28,851 bases of DNA from Bacteroidales bacterium (GTDB lineage Bacteria > Bacteroidota > Bacteroidia > Bacteroidales > UBA4181). The position numbers and the translations under genes were made by a program. The stretch spans positions 1-28,851 of the forward strand of contig JBFWIG010000001.1 of the NCBI GenBank assembly GCA_050256115.1. The letters are read 5' to 3'. Under the pieces are notes generated by a model that worked only from the letters and a program-made list of their open reading frames with translations, made no database searches and had not been told where the DNA came from. The first letter of the stretch is position 1; the number at the start of each line of letters is the position of its first letter. Below, in pieces: positions 1-9,175 of the stretch.

Positions 1-2
1 CT

Positions 3-533
3 CTGAATGCTCAGAAACTCCGGAATAATGTAAAGGTGATTCTCTCCGGCAAACAGGGATCGCACGAAGCCTTCGGGTTGTCGTTAGGAGAGGGCGAACA
101 GCATAGCGACAACCATATTAATATGTACCATATGGCCCCTAAATGCCATAGCTTACAACTGTTTAAATCGATACTGGCCAACAAAGCCACAGGTCTCTTT
201 TGTGGACGGATTCTGGTGGCACCCGATGCTCAGGAAACTGAAGCCTACCAACAAAATCGCAATCTGCTTATCTCCGACACTGCTATGATGAGGAGCCGTC
301 CGCAACTGGAGATCTACGCCGATAATGTAAAATGCAGCCATGGCGCTACCACCGGCGAACTGCGCGAAGAGGCACTCTTCTACCTTCGTTCCAGGGGGAT
401 AGGCCGGGAAGAGGCCCGACAGATGTTGACAGTAGCCTTTGCACAGGAGGTAATTTCGGCCTCGAGTCATGAAGGATTGCAGAAAGAGGCTGTTGCAGCC
501 CTCGAAAAACTGTTCTCGCCTAATAACCGATAA
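3..533 (+). CDS. sufD: Fe-S cluster assembly protein SufD, C-terminal part (5'-truncated by window edge)
   Basis: Frame is open from position 3. It contains PQLEIYADNVKCSHGATTG and LFYLRSRGI, typical of the SufB/SufD C-terminus, and lies directly upstream of sufS. The track start at 36 (GTG) is internal. Confidence 0.9.
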   Translation: MNAQKLRNNVKVILSGKQGSHEAFGLSLGEGEQHSDNHINMYHMAPKCHSLQLFKSILANKATGLFCGRILVAPDAQETEAYQQNRNLLISDTAMMRSRPQLEIYADNVKCSHGATTGELREEALFYLRSRGIGREEARQMLTVAFAQEVISASSHEGLQKEAVAALEKLFSPNNR

Positions 534-535
534 CC

Positions 536-1753
536 ATGTATCCCATAAGTGCCATAAGAAGTCATTTCCCCATCCTCGAAGAGAGACCTTACGGGAAACC
601 GCTGGCCTACCTTGATAATGGGGCAACCACCCAGAAGCCGAGGCAGGTTATCGAGACCCTTGTAGATCTCTATTCTCATGCCAATAGTAATATCCATCGC
701 GGAGTACACTATCTGAGCGGGGTGATGACCGAGCGGTACGAAGAGGCTCGCAGAGAGGTACAACGTTTTATCAATGCTCCCCTGTCGCAGGAAATTATAT
801 TTACAGCAGGTACGACAGCAGGAATCAATGCGGTGGCCTTTTCGTTTGGAGAGCGCTACCTATCTAAGGGCGACGAAATTCTTATCTCGGCCATGGAGCA
901 CCATGCCAATATTGTGCCCTGGCAAATGGTATGTGATCGGAAAGAGGCCCTTCTTCGCATCATCCCCATTTCTGACAATGGCCAACTGGATATGGAAGCC
1001 TATGAAAGCCTACTTTCCGATAAAACCCGAATCGTAGCCGTTTGCCACGCATCGAATACGCTGGGCACTGTGAATCCCGTGAAAGAGATTATTGCAAAAG
1101 CACATGAACACAACATCCCGGTGCTGATAGACGGAGCGCAATCGGTGCAACATATTCCCATTGATGTACAGGCACTTGATTGTGATTTCTTCCTCTTCTC
1201 AGGACACAAAATCTATGGTCCCACCGGTATTGGCGTTCTGTACGGCAAAAAAGCGTGGCTTGACGAGATGCCGCCCTACCAGGGTGGAGGCGATATGGTG
1301 GATTGTGTTACGTTTGAACGAACCACCTATAATGAACTCCCCTTTAAATTCGAAGCCGGAACAGCCAACTACCTGGGGGCTGCAGCATTACAGACGGCAC
1401 TCGAGTATGTAAAGGGTATCGGTCTGGAGGCCATAGGCATACATGAAAAAGCATTGCTCCAATATGCCACCCAAAAGATCGGGTCGATAGAAGGGGTGAA
1501 AATTTACGGAAATGCAGCCGAAAAGGTGGGTGTTCTCTCTTTCCTTGTAGGCAAGAGCCATCCTTACGACGTTGGGATGATTCTGGATAAACTGGGTATA
1601 GCCGTGCGCACAGGAACCCATTGTACGCAGCCTCTCATGAAACGTTTCGGCATCGATGGTACAGTGAGAGCGTCGTTCGGACTGTATAACACCTTCGAAG
1701 AAATTGATCGACTGTACGAAGGAATTCTGCGTGCCAAACGAATGTTGAGCTAA
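536..1753 (+). CDS. sufS: SufS-type cysteine desulfurase
   Basis: YLDNGATTQKP, NIHRGVH, PLP-lysine motif FSGHKIYGPTG and catalytic loop RTGTHC; 405 aa; SUF context. Confidence 0.96.
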   Translation: MYPISAIRSHFPILEERPYGKPLAYLDNGATTQKPRQVIETLVDLYSHANSNIHRGVHYLSGVMTERYEEARREVQRFINAPLSQEIIFTAGTTAGINAVAFSFGERYLSKGDEILISAMEHHANIVPWQMVCDRKEALLRIIPISDNGQLDMEAYESLLSDKTRIVAVCHASNTLGTVNPVKEIIAKAHEHNIPVLIDGAQSVQHIPIDVQALDCDFFLFSGHKIYGPTGIGVLYGKKAWLDEMPPYQGGGDMVDCVTFERTTYNELPFKFEAGTANYLGAAALQTALEYVKGIGLEAIGIHEKALLQYATQKIGSIEGVKIYGNAAEKVGVLSFLVGKSHPYDVGMILDKLGIAVRTGTHCTQPLMKRFGIDGTVRASFGLYNTFEEIDRLYEGILRAKRMLS

Positions 1754-1760
1754 ACATTGG

Positions 1761-1768
1761 TATCTTTG
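1761..1768 (+). promoter_or_regulatory. Bacteroidota -7 promoter box upstream of sufE
   Basis: TATCTTTG matches TAnnTTTG, 25 nt before the sufE ATG. Confidence 0.6.
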
Positions 1769-1793
1769 CGCACGTTTCAACAAAAGATCTGAC

Positions 1794-2222
1794 ATGACAA
1801 TTCGGGAGGCACAGGAAGAGATCATTGAATCGTTCGCGGTATTCGACGATTGGCTGGACCGTTACGAATACCTGATAGGGCTTGGAGGCGAACTGCCTCC
1901 GCTCGAAGCTCGTTGTAAGACTAACGAATATCTGATTGAAGGGTGCCAAAGCAGAGTATGGCTCTATCCCGAACTGCACAACGACCGGGTAGTATTTAGG
2001 GCCGACAGCGACGCCGAAATTCCGAAAGGAATTGTCTCTTTGCTACTAAAGGTTCTATCCAACCGCACACCCGATGAGATTCTGGATGCCGAGCTCTACT
2101 TCATAGACTCAGTGGGTCTGAAGCAGAACTTGTCGCCCACCCGTTCTAACGGACTCATGCAGATGGTAAAACAGATGAAACTTTATGCGATGGCCTATAA
2201 AGCCACAATGTTGAACCCTTGA
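1794..2222 (+). CDS. sufE: SufE sulfur-acceptor protein
   Basis: DWLDRYEYLI, GCQSRVW (acceptor Cys), ADSDA, LSPTRSNGL; follows sufS. Confidence 0.95.
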   Translation: MTIREAQEEIIESFAVFDDWLDRYEYLIGLGGELPPLEARCKTNEYLIEGCQSRVWLYPELHNDRVVFRADSDAEIPKGIVSLLLKVLSNRTPDEILDAELYFIDSVGLKQNLSPTRSNGLMQMVKQMKLYAMAYKATMLNP

Positions 2223-2233
2223 GAAAGTAACTT

Positions 2234-2554
2234 ATGGATCCTTCACATATACTCGATCTGGAAAGCAAGATCATTGCTGCGCTTAAAACCGTATACGATC
2301 CGGAAATCCCTGTAAATATCTATGATCTGGGGTTGATCTATAACCTCGATGTCGACGACGATGCCAATGTAAAGATCACTATGACCCTAACTGCCCCTAA
2401 CTGCCCCATGGCCGATGTTTTGGTTTGGGAAACACAGGAGAAAGCCGAAGCGGTAGAGGGCGTTAATAAGGTAGAGGTAGACCTTGTATTCGAGCCTCTG
2501 TGGAGCAGAGATCGAATGTCGGAAGAGGCATTAATGGAACTGGGCATGTTGTAA
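2234..2554 (+). CDS. DUF59 / SufT-like Fe-S cluster assembly protein
   Basis: VYDPEIPVNIYDLGLIY, MTLTAPNCP and W..DRMSEEA motifs; last gene of the SUF cluster. Confidence 0.9.
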   Translation: MDPSHILDLESKIIAALKTVYDPEIPVNIYDLGLIYNLDVDDDANVKITMTLTAPNCPMADVLVWETQEKAEAVEGVNKVEVDLVFEPLWSRDRMSEEALMELGML

Positions 2555-2583
2555 AAAGGATTTTTTTCATTCATCTTTTTTTC

Positions 2584-2591
2584 TACCTTTG
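2584..2591 (+). promoter_or_regulatory. -7 promoter box of tRNA-Cys
   Basis: TACCTTTG, 15 nt upstream of the tRNA 5' end. Confidence 0.7.
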
Positions 2592-2606
2592 CGGTCACCA
2601 ATTCAG

Positions 2607-2677
2607 GGTCTCTTGGCCGAGTGGCTAGGCGCAGGTCTGCAAAACCTTGTACGGCGGTTCGAATCCGCCAGAGACCT
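2607..2677 (+). tRNA. tRNA-Cys (anticodon GCA), CCA not encoded
   Basis: Acceptor stem GGTCTCT/AGAGACC, D arm GCC..GGC, anticodon loop CT-GCA-AA (GCA at 2639-2641), T arm GGCGG-TTCGAAT-CCGCC, discriminator U. The top anticodon-stem pair is a C-U mismatch. Confidence 0.96.
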
Positions 2678-2685
2678 CCCTTCAG

Positions 2686-2736
2686 AATCCCCTTAACAAG
2701 TCTTGCTTTTGTACTTGTTAAGGGGATTTCTTTTTT
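2686..2736 (+). terminator. Intrinsic terminator after tRNA-Cys
   Basis: 16-bp perfect inverted repeat AATCCCCTTAACAAGT (2686-2701) / ACTTGTTAAGGGGATT (2713-2728), 11-nt loop, followed by TCTTTTTT. Confidence 0.8.
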
Positions 2737-2817
2737 GCGAAAGCGCAAATTTATTCCTATTTTTCGTAGCCGAATGCGCATCGCAAATCGCAACGGCAAA
2801 ACTCCCAAAATTGGAGG

Positions 2818-3414
2818 ATGAATTTTCTGGCGCATATATACCTTTCCGGAGGGAATGAATACATTACGGTTGGCAACTTCATTGCCGATTGGGTTAAGGG
2901 CGCCGATTATCTGGAATATCCCGAAGAGATACAACAGGGAATCATGATTCATCGCAACATCGATTGGTTCACCGACAGCCACGAAATTACCAAAGAGAGC
3001 AAGCAGCTGTTTAACGAACGGTACCGCCATTACTCCGGTGTGATAACCGATATCCTCTTTGATCACTACCTGGCACACGACTGGCCTCTCTTTCACTCAA
3101 CGCCCCTTAACGAATATACCGAGTGGGTTTACGAAATCTTGCTGCAACACTTTAAGATACTCCCAGTGGGGGTTCAGAAATACCTTCCCGGTTTTTTTGC
3201 TAACCGTTGGATAGAAGAGTATACCACCGTAGAAGGGATACGTAAAGTTTTAAACGGGATGGCAAGAACCACCTCATTGCCTCCCGAAACCGATTGGGCG
3301 ATTGAGGTCTTTTCGCAAAACTACGAACTGATAAAAGAGCAGTTTTACGAATTTTTTCCGCAACTCACAGAGTTTGTACAGGGCAAGTTCCAGCTCTCCA
3401 TCTCGCGAGAATAG
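2818..3414 (+). CDS. acpH: Acyl-carrier-protein phosphodiesterase (AcpH family)
   Basis: MNFLAHIYLSG, GNFIAD, HRNIDWFTDSH and D.LFDHYLA..W motifs. Confidence 0.85.
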   Translation: MNFLAHIYLSGGNEYITVGNFIADWVKGADYLEYPEEIQQGIMIHRNIDWFTDSHEITKESKQLFNERYRHYSGVITDILFDHYLAHDWPLFHSTPLNEYTEWVYEILLQHFKILPVGVQKYLPGFFANRWIEEYTTVEGIRKVLNGMARTTSLPPETDWAIEVFSQNYELIKEQFYEFFPQLTEFVQGKFQLSISRE

Positions 3415-3465
3415 AGACAAAAGCCACTATTTTCGGCGTGGGCCTTCAAAATAGCGTCGCTGCTA

Positions 3466-4890
3466 TCAGCGAAGAAACTCCATCCGGCTGGCATCGAGCC
3501 GAAGCAGAATAAACAGCAACAACGTAAAGGTCCAGAGCGAAGAACCCCCATAACTAAAAAAGGGAAGCGGAATCCCGATCACGGGAAGAAGGGCCAGTGC
3601 CATACCCACGTTAATGAGTACATGAAAAAAGAGGATTGAGGCTACACAATAGGCATATATACGGCTAAAAGAGGAACGTTGACGTTCGGCCAGATGCAGA
3701 ATCCGCAACAATAACAGCAGAAAAAGTCCTACCACCACAACCGAACCAAACCAGCCCCACTCCTCACCCACTGTACAAAAAATAAAATCGGTGCTCTGTT
3801 CGGGTACAAAATTGTACTTGGTCTGCGTTCCCTGCAAAAAACCTTTTCCAAACCAGCCTCCCGATCCGATGGCTATTTTCGACTGGTTTACATTATAACC
3901 ATACCCCAGAGGATCCGACTCCATGCCCAACAAAATTTTGACGCGCTGCTGATGATGAGGTTCTAAAACCGATTCGAAGAAAAAATCGACCGACAGGCAA
4001 AAAAGTATAGCCGCGGCTACAATCCAAACCAAGGTGGAGAGCCGGGGTATATGATGTAGAAAACTCCACAACCAGAAAACCACGCCGGAAAGAAGAGCAG
4101 CTGCAGCCAGTGTATAGGAAAAATCGAGCTGCGCAAAAAAGTAAGAGAAGAGGAGATGGGAAAGGGCAAGCAGCAGACCAAAAATCAGGAAGCCTGTGAT
4201 TAATTCTCGGATTCGAAGCGAGAGAAAGAGTGCATACAAAAAGCCCAATCCAATCATAATCAAAAAAAGCACCGTCTTATCCATCATCAAACTCAACACA
4301 AAGAGCAACCCTACCAGAAACCCGAAAAATAGAATCGAACCGGGTAACCCCTCGCGATAAAACATAAGCGAGAACGAGAGGTAAACCAACGCTGAACCGG
4401 TATCCGGCTGCAACATTATCAACAGCATGGGAAAGAGAATAATGGCACCACACACCGAAAGAGAACGCCACTCCATGAGCTTACGGTTCTCGGTAGAGAG
4501 CCACCGGGCAAGAGCCAGGCAGGTTCCTACCTTGGCAAACTCAGTGGGTTGCAGCTGAATACCTCCAAGCAAAATCCATGATTTTGCGCCATTAATTTCG
4601 GTTCCAACCACCAAAACAGCCATTAATAGCAGTAGCGTAAGGCCGTAGAAGAGATAGGAAAAGTTGATATAGAACTTAGAATCGAGCAGAAAAGCAAAGA
4701 GGGCGAGCAGAGCTGCCGCACTCATCCAGATGAGCTGCTTCCCGTACCGCTGAGAAAATGAGAGAATGCTCTTATGCTCCTCATCGTAAACGGCGGCATA
4801 GATATTAATCCATCCTAACAGCACCATAAGCAAAAAGAGCCCTACCGTGAGCCAGTCGAGATTTTCAAGCAGATTAACCTTTCTGATCAT
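3466..4890 (-). CDS. rodA: Rod shape-determining protein RodA (SEDS glycosyltransferase)
   Basis: GAKSWI, LQPTEFAK, LQPDTGS, QSKIAIGSGG, PEQSTDFIF, GIPLPFFSYGGSS; downstream of mrdA. Confidence 0.96.
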   Translation of the reverse strand: MIRKVNLLENLDWLTVGLFLLMVLLGWINIYAAVYDEEHKSILSFSQRYGKQLIWMSAAALLALFAFLLDSKFYINFSYLFYGLTLLLLMAVLVVGTEINGAKSWILLGGIQLQPTEFAKVGTCLALARWLSTENRKLMEWRSLSVCGAIILFPMLLIMLQPDTGSALVYLSFSLMFYREGLPGSILFFGFLVGLLFVLSLMMDKTVLFLIMIGLGFLYALFLSLRIRELITGFLIFGLLLALSHLLFSYFFAQLDFSYTLAAAALLSGVVFWLWSFLHHIPRLSTLVWIVAAAILFCLSVDFFFESVLEPHHQQRVKILLGMESDPLGYGYNVNQSKIAIGSGGWFGKGFLQGTQTKYNFVPEQSTDFIFCTVGEEWGWFGSVVVVGLFLLLLLRILHLAERQRSSFSRIYAYCVASILFFHVLINVGMALALLPVIGIPLPFFSYGGSSLWTFTLLLFILLRLDASRMEFLR

Positions 4891-4914
4891 GATAGGTGAA
4901 GATTAGCAAAACAA

Positions 4915-6705
4915 CTAATAGATTGAGAAATTTATCACCCTGGCCTCCAGTTCGGGCCGCTTTACCGTTCCTGCCAGATACTTCTCAATCATCAAACTGG
5001 CCACCGGAGCCGCCCATGTGGCACCGAAACCGGCATTTTCTACCACCACGGCAATCGCAATCTTAGGATTCTCTACCGGAGCAAAACCCACAAAAAGGGA
5101 GTGATCTTTATGTGGCGGATTCTCAACAGTACCGGTTTTCCCGCACGATGTGATCCCCTGCATCACCGTGGGGCTAAAACTGCCACGTCCGGTACCAGAC
5201 TCATTCACTCTTCGCATTCCCTCAACCACCACATCGATATACCGGGATGCTATATCCACATTGATCCGCTCAGAATAGCTATCGGTGCGTACGGTATGTG
5301 GTGGATAGTAGAAACCCCGGTTTGCGAGAGCCGCCATATAATTTGCCTGCTGGAGGGGAGTCACAAGTATTTCGCCCTGCCCGATAGCTAGCGAACGGAT
5401 GGTCATCGGACGCCAGCGGTTCACCCCGAACCAATGATCAAAGTAGGCCTGAGTAGGCAGATTCCCGTCAGAAATATTGGGAATGTCAGATTCGAGCTTA
5501 CGTCCGAAACCAAACTTAAGCATGTGGTCACGCCAATCGTTATAATTCTTTCTAAACTGTTGCGTCCCCCCTTTCTCGAGGGTTTCTCGGAAAGCGTGCC
5601 AGAAATAGGGATTACAACTCTGTTCAATCCCATTTAGGAGCGAAACAGGCGAACCGTGATCGTGCGAACAGGCCATTGGCGAGGAGGCCTTCCCGTTGCT
5701 GGGAAACATCGACGATTCTGTGATACCACCCATTTCGAGAGAGACCAAAGCCTGAGCCGGCTTAAAAGTAGAGCCGGGAGAGTATCGGGCATTCACAGCA
5801 CGATTTAACAATACCTTCTGTTCGCTCCGTTCCAGAGCCAAATAGTTGCCCGAACGCTCCCTTCCCACCAATAAATTGGGATCGTACTTGGGCATCGAGA
5901 TCATGGCAAGAATTTCGCCGGTCGAAGGTTCGATAGCCACCACACTGCCTCGCATATTTTGCATCAGGTACTCTCCATACTCCTGAAGATCTCCATCTAT
6001 CGTACAGATAATGTCGCGTCCTACAACCGCAGTGGTATCGTAAGCCCCCTCCTGAAAGGAGCCCTTCTCCACATTATGCACATCGACCAACAAAATCTTC
6101 ACACCCTTCTTGCCCCGAAGGGTCTCTTCATACGCCTTCTCTATGCCACTAACCCCAATGTAGTCGCCCATTTTATAGTAGGAATTGGAGGCAATGATCT
6201 TATCATTCACTTCACTCACATATCCCAACAGATGGGGAGCAATGGGGCGGGTATAGAGCCGACTGGTTCGGGGTTGTACATAAAACCCTACAAACTTATG
6301 CAGCTTCTCCTGCAATACAGCATAGGTACGCGCAGATATCTGCCGCAAAAAAACGGAAGGTTTATATCGGGAGTAGGCACGTGCCTGCTTCAGATTATCG
6401 CGCGCTACCTCCGGAGTGATACCCAGAATACGGCAAAAATCGACAGTATCGAACGGCGCTACCATACGAGGAGTCACCATCAGATCGTACGAAGCCTCAT
6501 TAAATACGAGTGTCTTCCCGTTGCGGTCTAAGACAAGACCGCGGGCAGGGTACTGGGTAACATATCTGCGTGAGTTATTTTCGGACGAATATGTAAGCGA
6601 TTTGTCGATAACCTGCAGGTAAAAGAGGCGCACCACAAATACTAGCGCCATCAGCGAAAAGATGGCCGTAATCACATACCTCCTGTTACGGAACGGATCC
6701 TTCAT
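4915..6705 (-). CDS. mrdA: Penicillin-binding protein 2
   Basis: N-terminal TM helix, PARGLVLDRNG, and transpeptidase motifs SxxK (GSTFK), SxN (SCN) and KTG. Confidence 0.95.
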   Translation of the reverse strand: MKDPFRNRRYVITAIFSLMALVFVVRLFYLQVIDKSLTYSSENNSRRYVTQYPARGLVLDRNGKTLVFNEASYDLMVTPRMVAPFDTVDFCRILGITPEVARDNLKQARAYSRYKPSVFLRQISARTYAVLQEKLHKFVGFYVQPRTSRLYTRPIAPHLLGYVSEVNDKIIASNSYYKMGDYIGVSGIEKAYEETLRGKKGVKILLVDVHNVEKGSFQEGAYDTTAVVGRDIICTIDGDLQEYGEYLMQNMRGSVVAIEPSTGEILAMISMPKYDPNLLVGRERSGNYLALERSEQKVLLNRAVNARYSPGSTFKPAQALVSLEMGGITESSMFPSNGKASSPMACSHDHGSPVSLLNGIEQSCNPYFWHAFRETLEKGGTQQFRKNYNDWRDHMLKFGFGRKLESDIPNISDGNLPTQAYFDHWFGVNRWRPMTIRSLAIGQGEILVTPLQQANYMAALANRGFYYPPHTVRTDSYSERINVDIASRYIDVVVEGMRRVNESGTGRGSFSPTVMQGITSCGKTGTVENPPHKDHSLFVGFAPVENPKIAIAVVVENAGFGATWAAPVASLMIEKYLAGTVKRPELEARVINFSIY

Positions 6706-6708
6706 AGT

Positions 6709-7224
6709 TTAGTTTCTCTTGGAGCCCGAGATAAGGTATTCGGCGAGTATAACGATAAGCACAGTGAAAAGGGTACTCAGCAAGATACGGAAAAGTGTAT
6801 GGAAAAAGTTGAAAAATTCGAAAGCCTCCACAAAAAAGAGAACCAGATGGTGCAAGAAGGTTGCCATCAAAGCATATCGCAAAAACCAGCGAAACCCCAA
6901 CGACCGGATTCCGGGAAACCTGAGCCCTTCGTACCCATCGTGCGGAGCCAGAAACTGCAAAATATAGGGACGGGTAAAGCCTAAAAAAACAGCAGCAGAG
7001 GTATGCATTCCGGGCGTTAACGAAAAAATATCGATACAGAGTCCCATTGCGGCCGATAAAAGAAGCAGAAAGGAGGGATGGATCTGAAAAGGGAGGAGAA
7101 GGATAAAGAGAATATAGGGATAGGGGTTCACGAAACCACTAAATTGGATATGGTTCAGTGCCAATATCTGCAGAATAATCAGCACCACAAAACGAATCGC
7201 ATCGAAAAAGAGATCTCTGATCAT
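6709..7224 (-). CDS. mreD: Rod shape-determining protein MreD
   Basis: Hydrophobic 171-aa protein with GLCIDIF..TPGMH; lies between mreC and mrdA; ATGA overlap with mreC. Confidence 0.9.
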   Translation of the reverse strand: MIRDLFFDAIRFVVLIILQILALNHIQFSGFVNPYPYILFILLLPFQIHPSFLLLLSAAMGLCIDIFSLTPGMHTSAAVFLGFTRPYILQFLAPHDGYEGLRFPGIRSLGFRWFLRYALMATFLHHLVLFFVEAFEFFNFFHTLFRILLSTLFTVLIVILAEYLISGSKRN

Positions 7225-8045
7225 CGCTCGGTAAGTTTTTCCAGGTTCAACTGCTCTTCGCGGAGATAGTTCTTAATGAGGGTTACATGCTTCAACTTCT
7301 TAAAATCGGTAGAGAGATCTACCTTAATCGAGAAAAAGTTACCATCTTTTATCTGGAACGACGAAACGGTACCAATAAGAATCCCCTCCGGGAATATGGG
7401 CGAAAGGCCACTGGTAACCACTGTATCGCCCTGCTGCAACTTGGCATGATGAGGGATATCGTTTAGATCGGCATGCGAAAAACTCACCTCATCCCACTTC
7501 AACGCGCCGAAATGGTCGCTCGATTTTAACCGGGCACTCACCCTGAAATCCCTGTTTAACAACGATATCGCCGTTGCATAATGATCGGACACCCCATTCA
7601 CAATCCCCACGATACCCTCCGAAGATACCACGGCCATATCGGGTTCTACCCCATGAAGACGACCCCGGTTAAGGGTGATATAATTGTACTGTTTGTTCAC
7701 CGTATTATTCACCACATCGGCCGACATGTAATCATATTGCTGTCTGTGAAGGGAGTCGGTTATGTGAGTCAGCTCTACCGCATCGCTCCACAAAGCTTCA
7801 GGCAACCGACTCCGCAGTATGGCGTTTTCACGAAGAAGCGTCTGATTGGTTTCGCGAAGTGCCATGTAAGACGATACGGAGTTCAATTTTTCGTACAGTT
7901 TACCAGATACATTTCTTACATAGTTGGTGAAAGCAGCTTGATGAAATGCATTCTGCCGTATCATCAGCGAAAACGCAAAAAGCTCAAGCAGGATAAAAAG
8001 CCCTACCACATGAAACTTATAGAGAAACCGAAAAAATGCACCCAT
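7221..8045 (-). CDS. mreC: Rod shape-determining protein MreC
   Basis: TM helix plus coiled coil (LLRENAIL), ITLNRG..GV.PDMAV, GDTVVTSGLSPIFPEGI. Confidence 0.94.
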   Translation of the reverse strand: MGAFFRFLYKFHVVGLFILLELFAFSLMIRQNAFHQAAFTNYVRNVSGKLYEKLNSVSSYMALRETNQTLLRENAILRSRLPEALWSDAVELTHITDSLHRQQYDYMSADVVNNTVNKQYNYITLNRGRLHGVEPDMAVVSSEGIVGIVNGVSDHYATAISLLNRDFRVSARLKSSDHFGALKWDEVSFSHADLNDIPHHAKLQQGDTVVTSGLSPIFPEGILIGTVSSFQIKDGNFFSIKVDLSTDFKKLKHVTLIKNYLREEQLNLEKLTER

Positions 8046-8065
8046 GCCCTATTGATATACCCTTA

Positions 8066-8121
8066 CAAAAACCTCCGGCCCTCACTCTGCTCACGGAGAG
8101 ACAGCGAAAAAGTCGGAGGTT
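8066..8121 (-). terminator. Possible attenuating hairpin between mreB and mreC
   Basis: On the minus strand AACCTCCGAC pairs with GCCGGAGGTT (one mismatch, 32-nt loop), followed by TTTG. Confidence 0.3.
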
Positions 8122-8140
8122 AACTGCCACAAGAAAAAGA

Positions 8141-9160
8141 TTACCTCAATAAAAACGAAAATTTATCTACATTCTTCAAGGCTACCCCCGTCCCTCTGGC
8201 TACCGCCCGCAAAGGATCCTCAGCCACATAGAAGGGAATATTGATTTTATCGGTAAGACGCTTGTCGAGCCCCCGTAACAGCGCACCACCACCCGTCAGA
8301 TAGATTCCTTTCCGAACAATGTCGGAATAGAGTTCGGGAGGTGTCTGTTCCAAAACCCCCAAGATAGCCGTCTCAATCTTCGACAGCGATTTGTCGAGAC
8401 AGTGCGCAATCTCCTGGTAGCTAACAGGTACCTCAATGGGAAGCGCTGTCATCAGATTCGGACCTCTTACCGTGAAATCGGTGGGAGGATTGTCGAGATC
8501 GGGAATTGCGGCACCTACCTGAATTTTAATCTCCTCTGCGGTCCTTTCGCCAATTTTAATATTGTGCTGATGACGCATGTAGGCCTGAATATCGGCGGTA
8601 AAACCGTCACCGGCCACGCGGATAGACTTGTTGCAGACAATACCCCCCAGTGCAATCACAGCCACCTCGGTGGTACCACCACCTATATCAACCACCATGC
8701 AACCTTCTGGCGCCTCCACATCGATACCGATACCCACAGCTGCTGCCATAGGCTCAAAAATCATATAGACATCGCGCCCTCCCGCATGCTCGGAGGAGTC
8801 GCGCACGGCACGCACCTCAACCTCGGTGGAACCGGAAGGGATACAAACCACGATACGGAGCGAAGGAGAGAAGAACTTGTTCTTTGAACTGATCATCTTG
8901 ATCATTCCCCGGATCATGATTTCGGCCGCATTAAAGTCGGCAATCACTCCATCTCTTAAAGGCCTGATTGTGCGGATATTATCCGGAGTTTTCCCGTGCA
9001 TCTGCCGAGCTTTTTCGCCCACGGCAATCACCTTTCCGGTAACCGTATCGACCGCTACAATAGAAGGTTCGTCAACAACTACCTTGTCGTTATAGATAAT
9101 GATGGTATTGGCTGTTCCCAAATCCATCGCAATTTCCTGCGTAAATGAAAAAATCCCCAT
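8141..9160 (-). CDS. mreB: Actin-like protein MreB
   Basis: MDLGTANT, RPLRDGVIADF, EPMAAA, VDIGGGTTE, LTGGGALL. Confidence 0.98.
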   Translation of the reverse strand: MGIFSFTQEIAMDLGTANTIIIYNDKVVVDEPSIVAVDTVTGKVIAVGEKARQMHGKTPDNIRTIRPLRDGVIADFNAAEIMIRGMIKMISSKNKFFSPSLRIVVCIPSGSTEVEVRAVRDSSEHAGGRDVYMIFEPMAAAVGIGIDVEAPEGCMVVDIGGGTTEVAVIALGGIVCNKSIRVAGDGFTADIQAYMRHQHNIKIGERTAEEIKIQVGAAIPDLDNPPTDFTVRGPNLMTALPIEVPVSYQEIAHCLDKSLSKIETAILGVLEQTPPELYSDIVRKGIYLTGGGALLRGLDKRLTDKINIPFYVAEDPLRAVARGTGVALKNVDKFSFLLR

Positions 9161-9175
9161 AATACTACCTCATCT

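Noticed and set aside
536-2677. tRNA-Cys next to the cysteine-consuming SUF operon as a regulatory link
   Set aside because: The tRNA has its own -7 box and terminator, and I see no attenuator or T-box; adjacency alone is not evidence.
2813-2817. GGAGG Shine-Dalgarno-like motif before acpH in a phylum that rarely uses SD
   Set aside because: It abuts the ATG with zero spacing, which is not a functional geometry.
2621-2821. 66-aa basic ORF starting inside the tRNA
   Set aside because: It overlaps tRNA-Cys and its terminator; spurious.
2338-3096. 252-aa minus-strand ORF
   Set aside because: It is antisense to the DUF59 gene, tRNA-Cys and acpH and has no recognisable motifs; a shadow ORF.
3466-4890. 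RodA longer than the typical ~370 aa, with extra TM segments
   Set aside because: To my knowledge this insertion is ordinary in Bacteroidales RodA, and all core motifs are intact.
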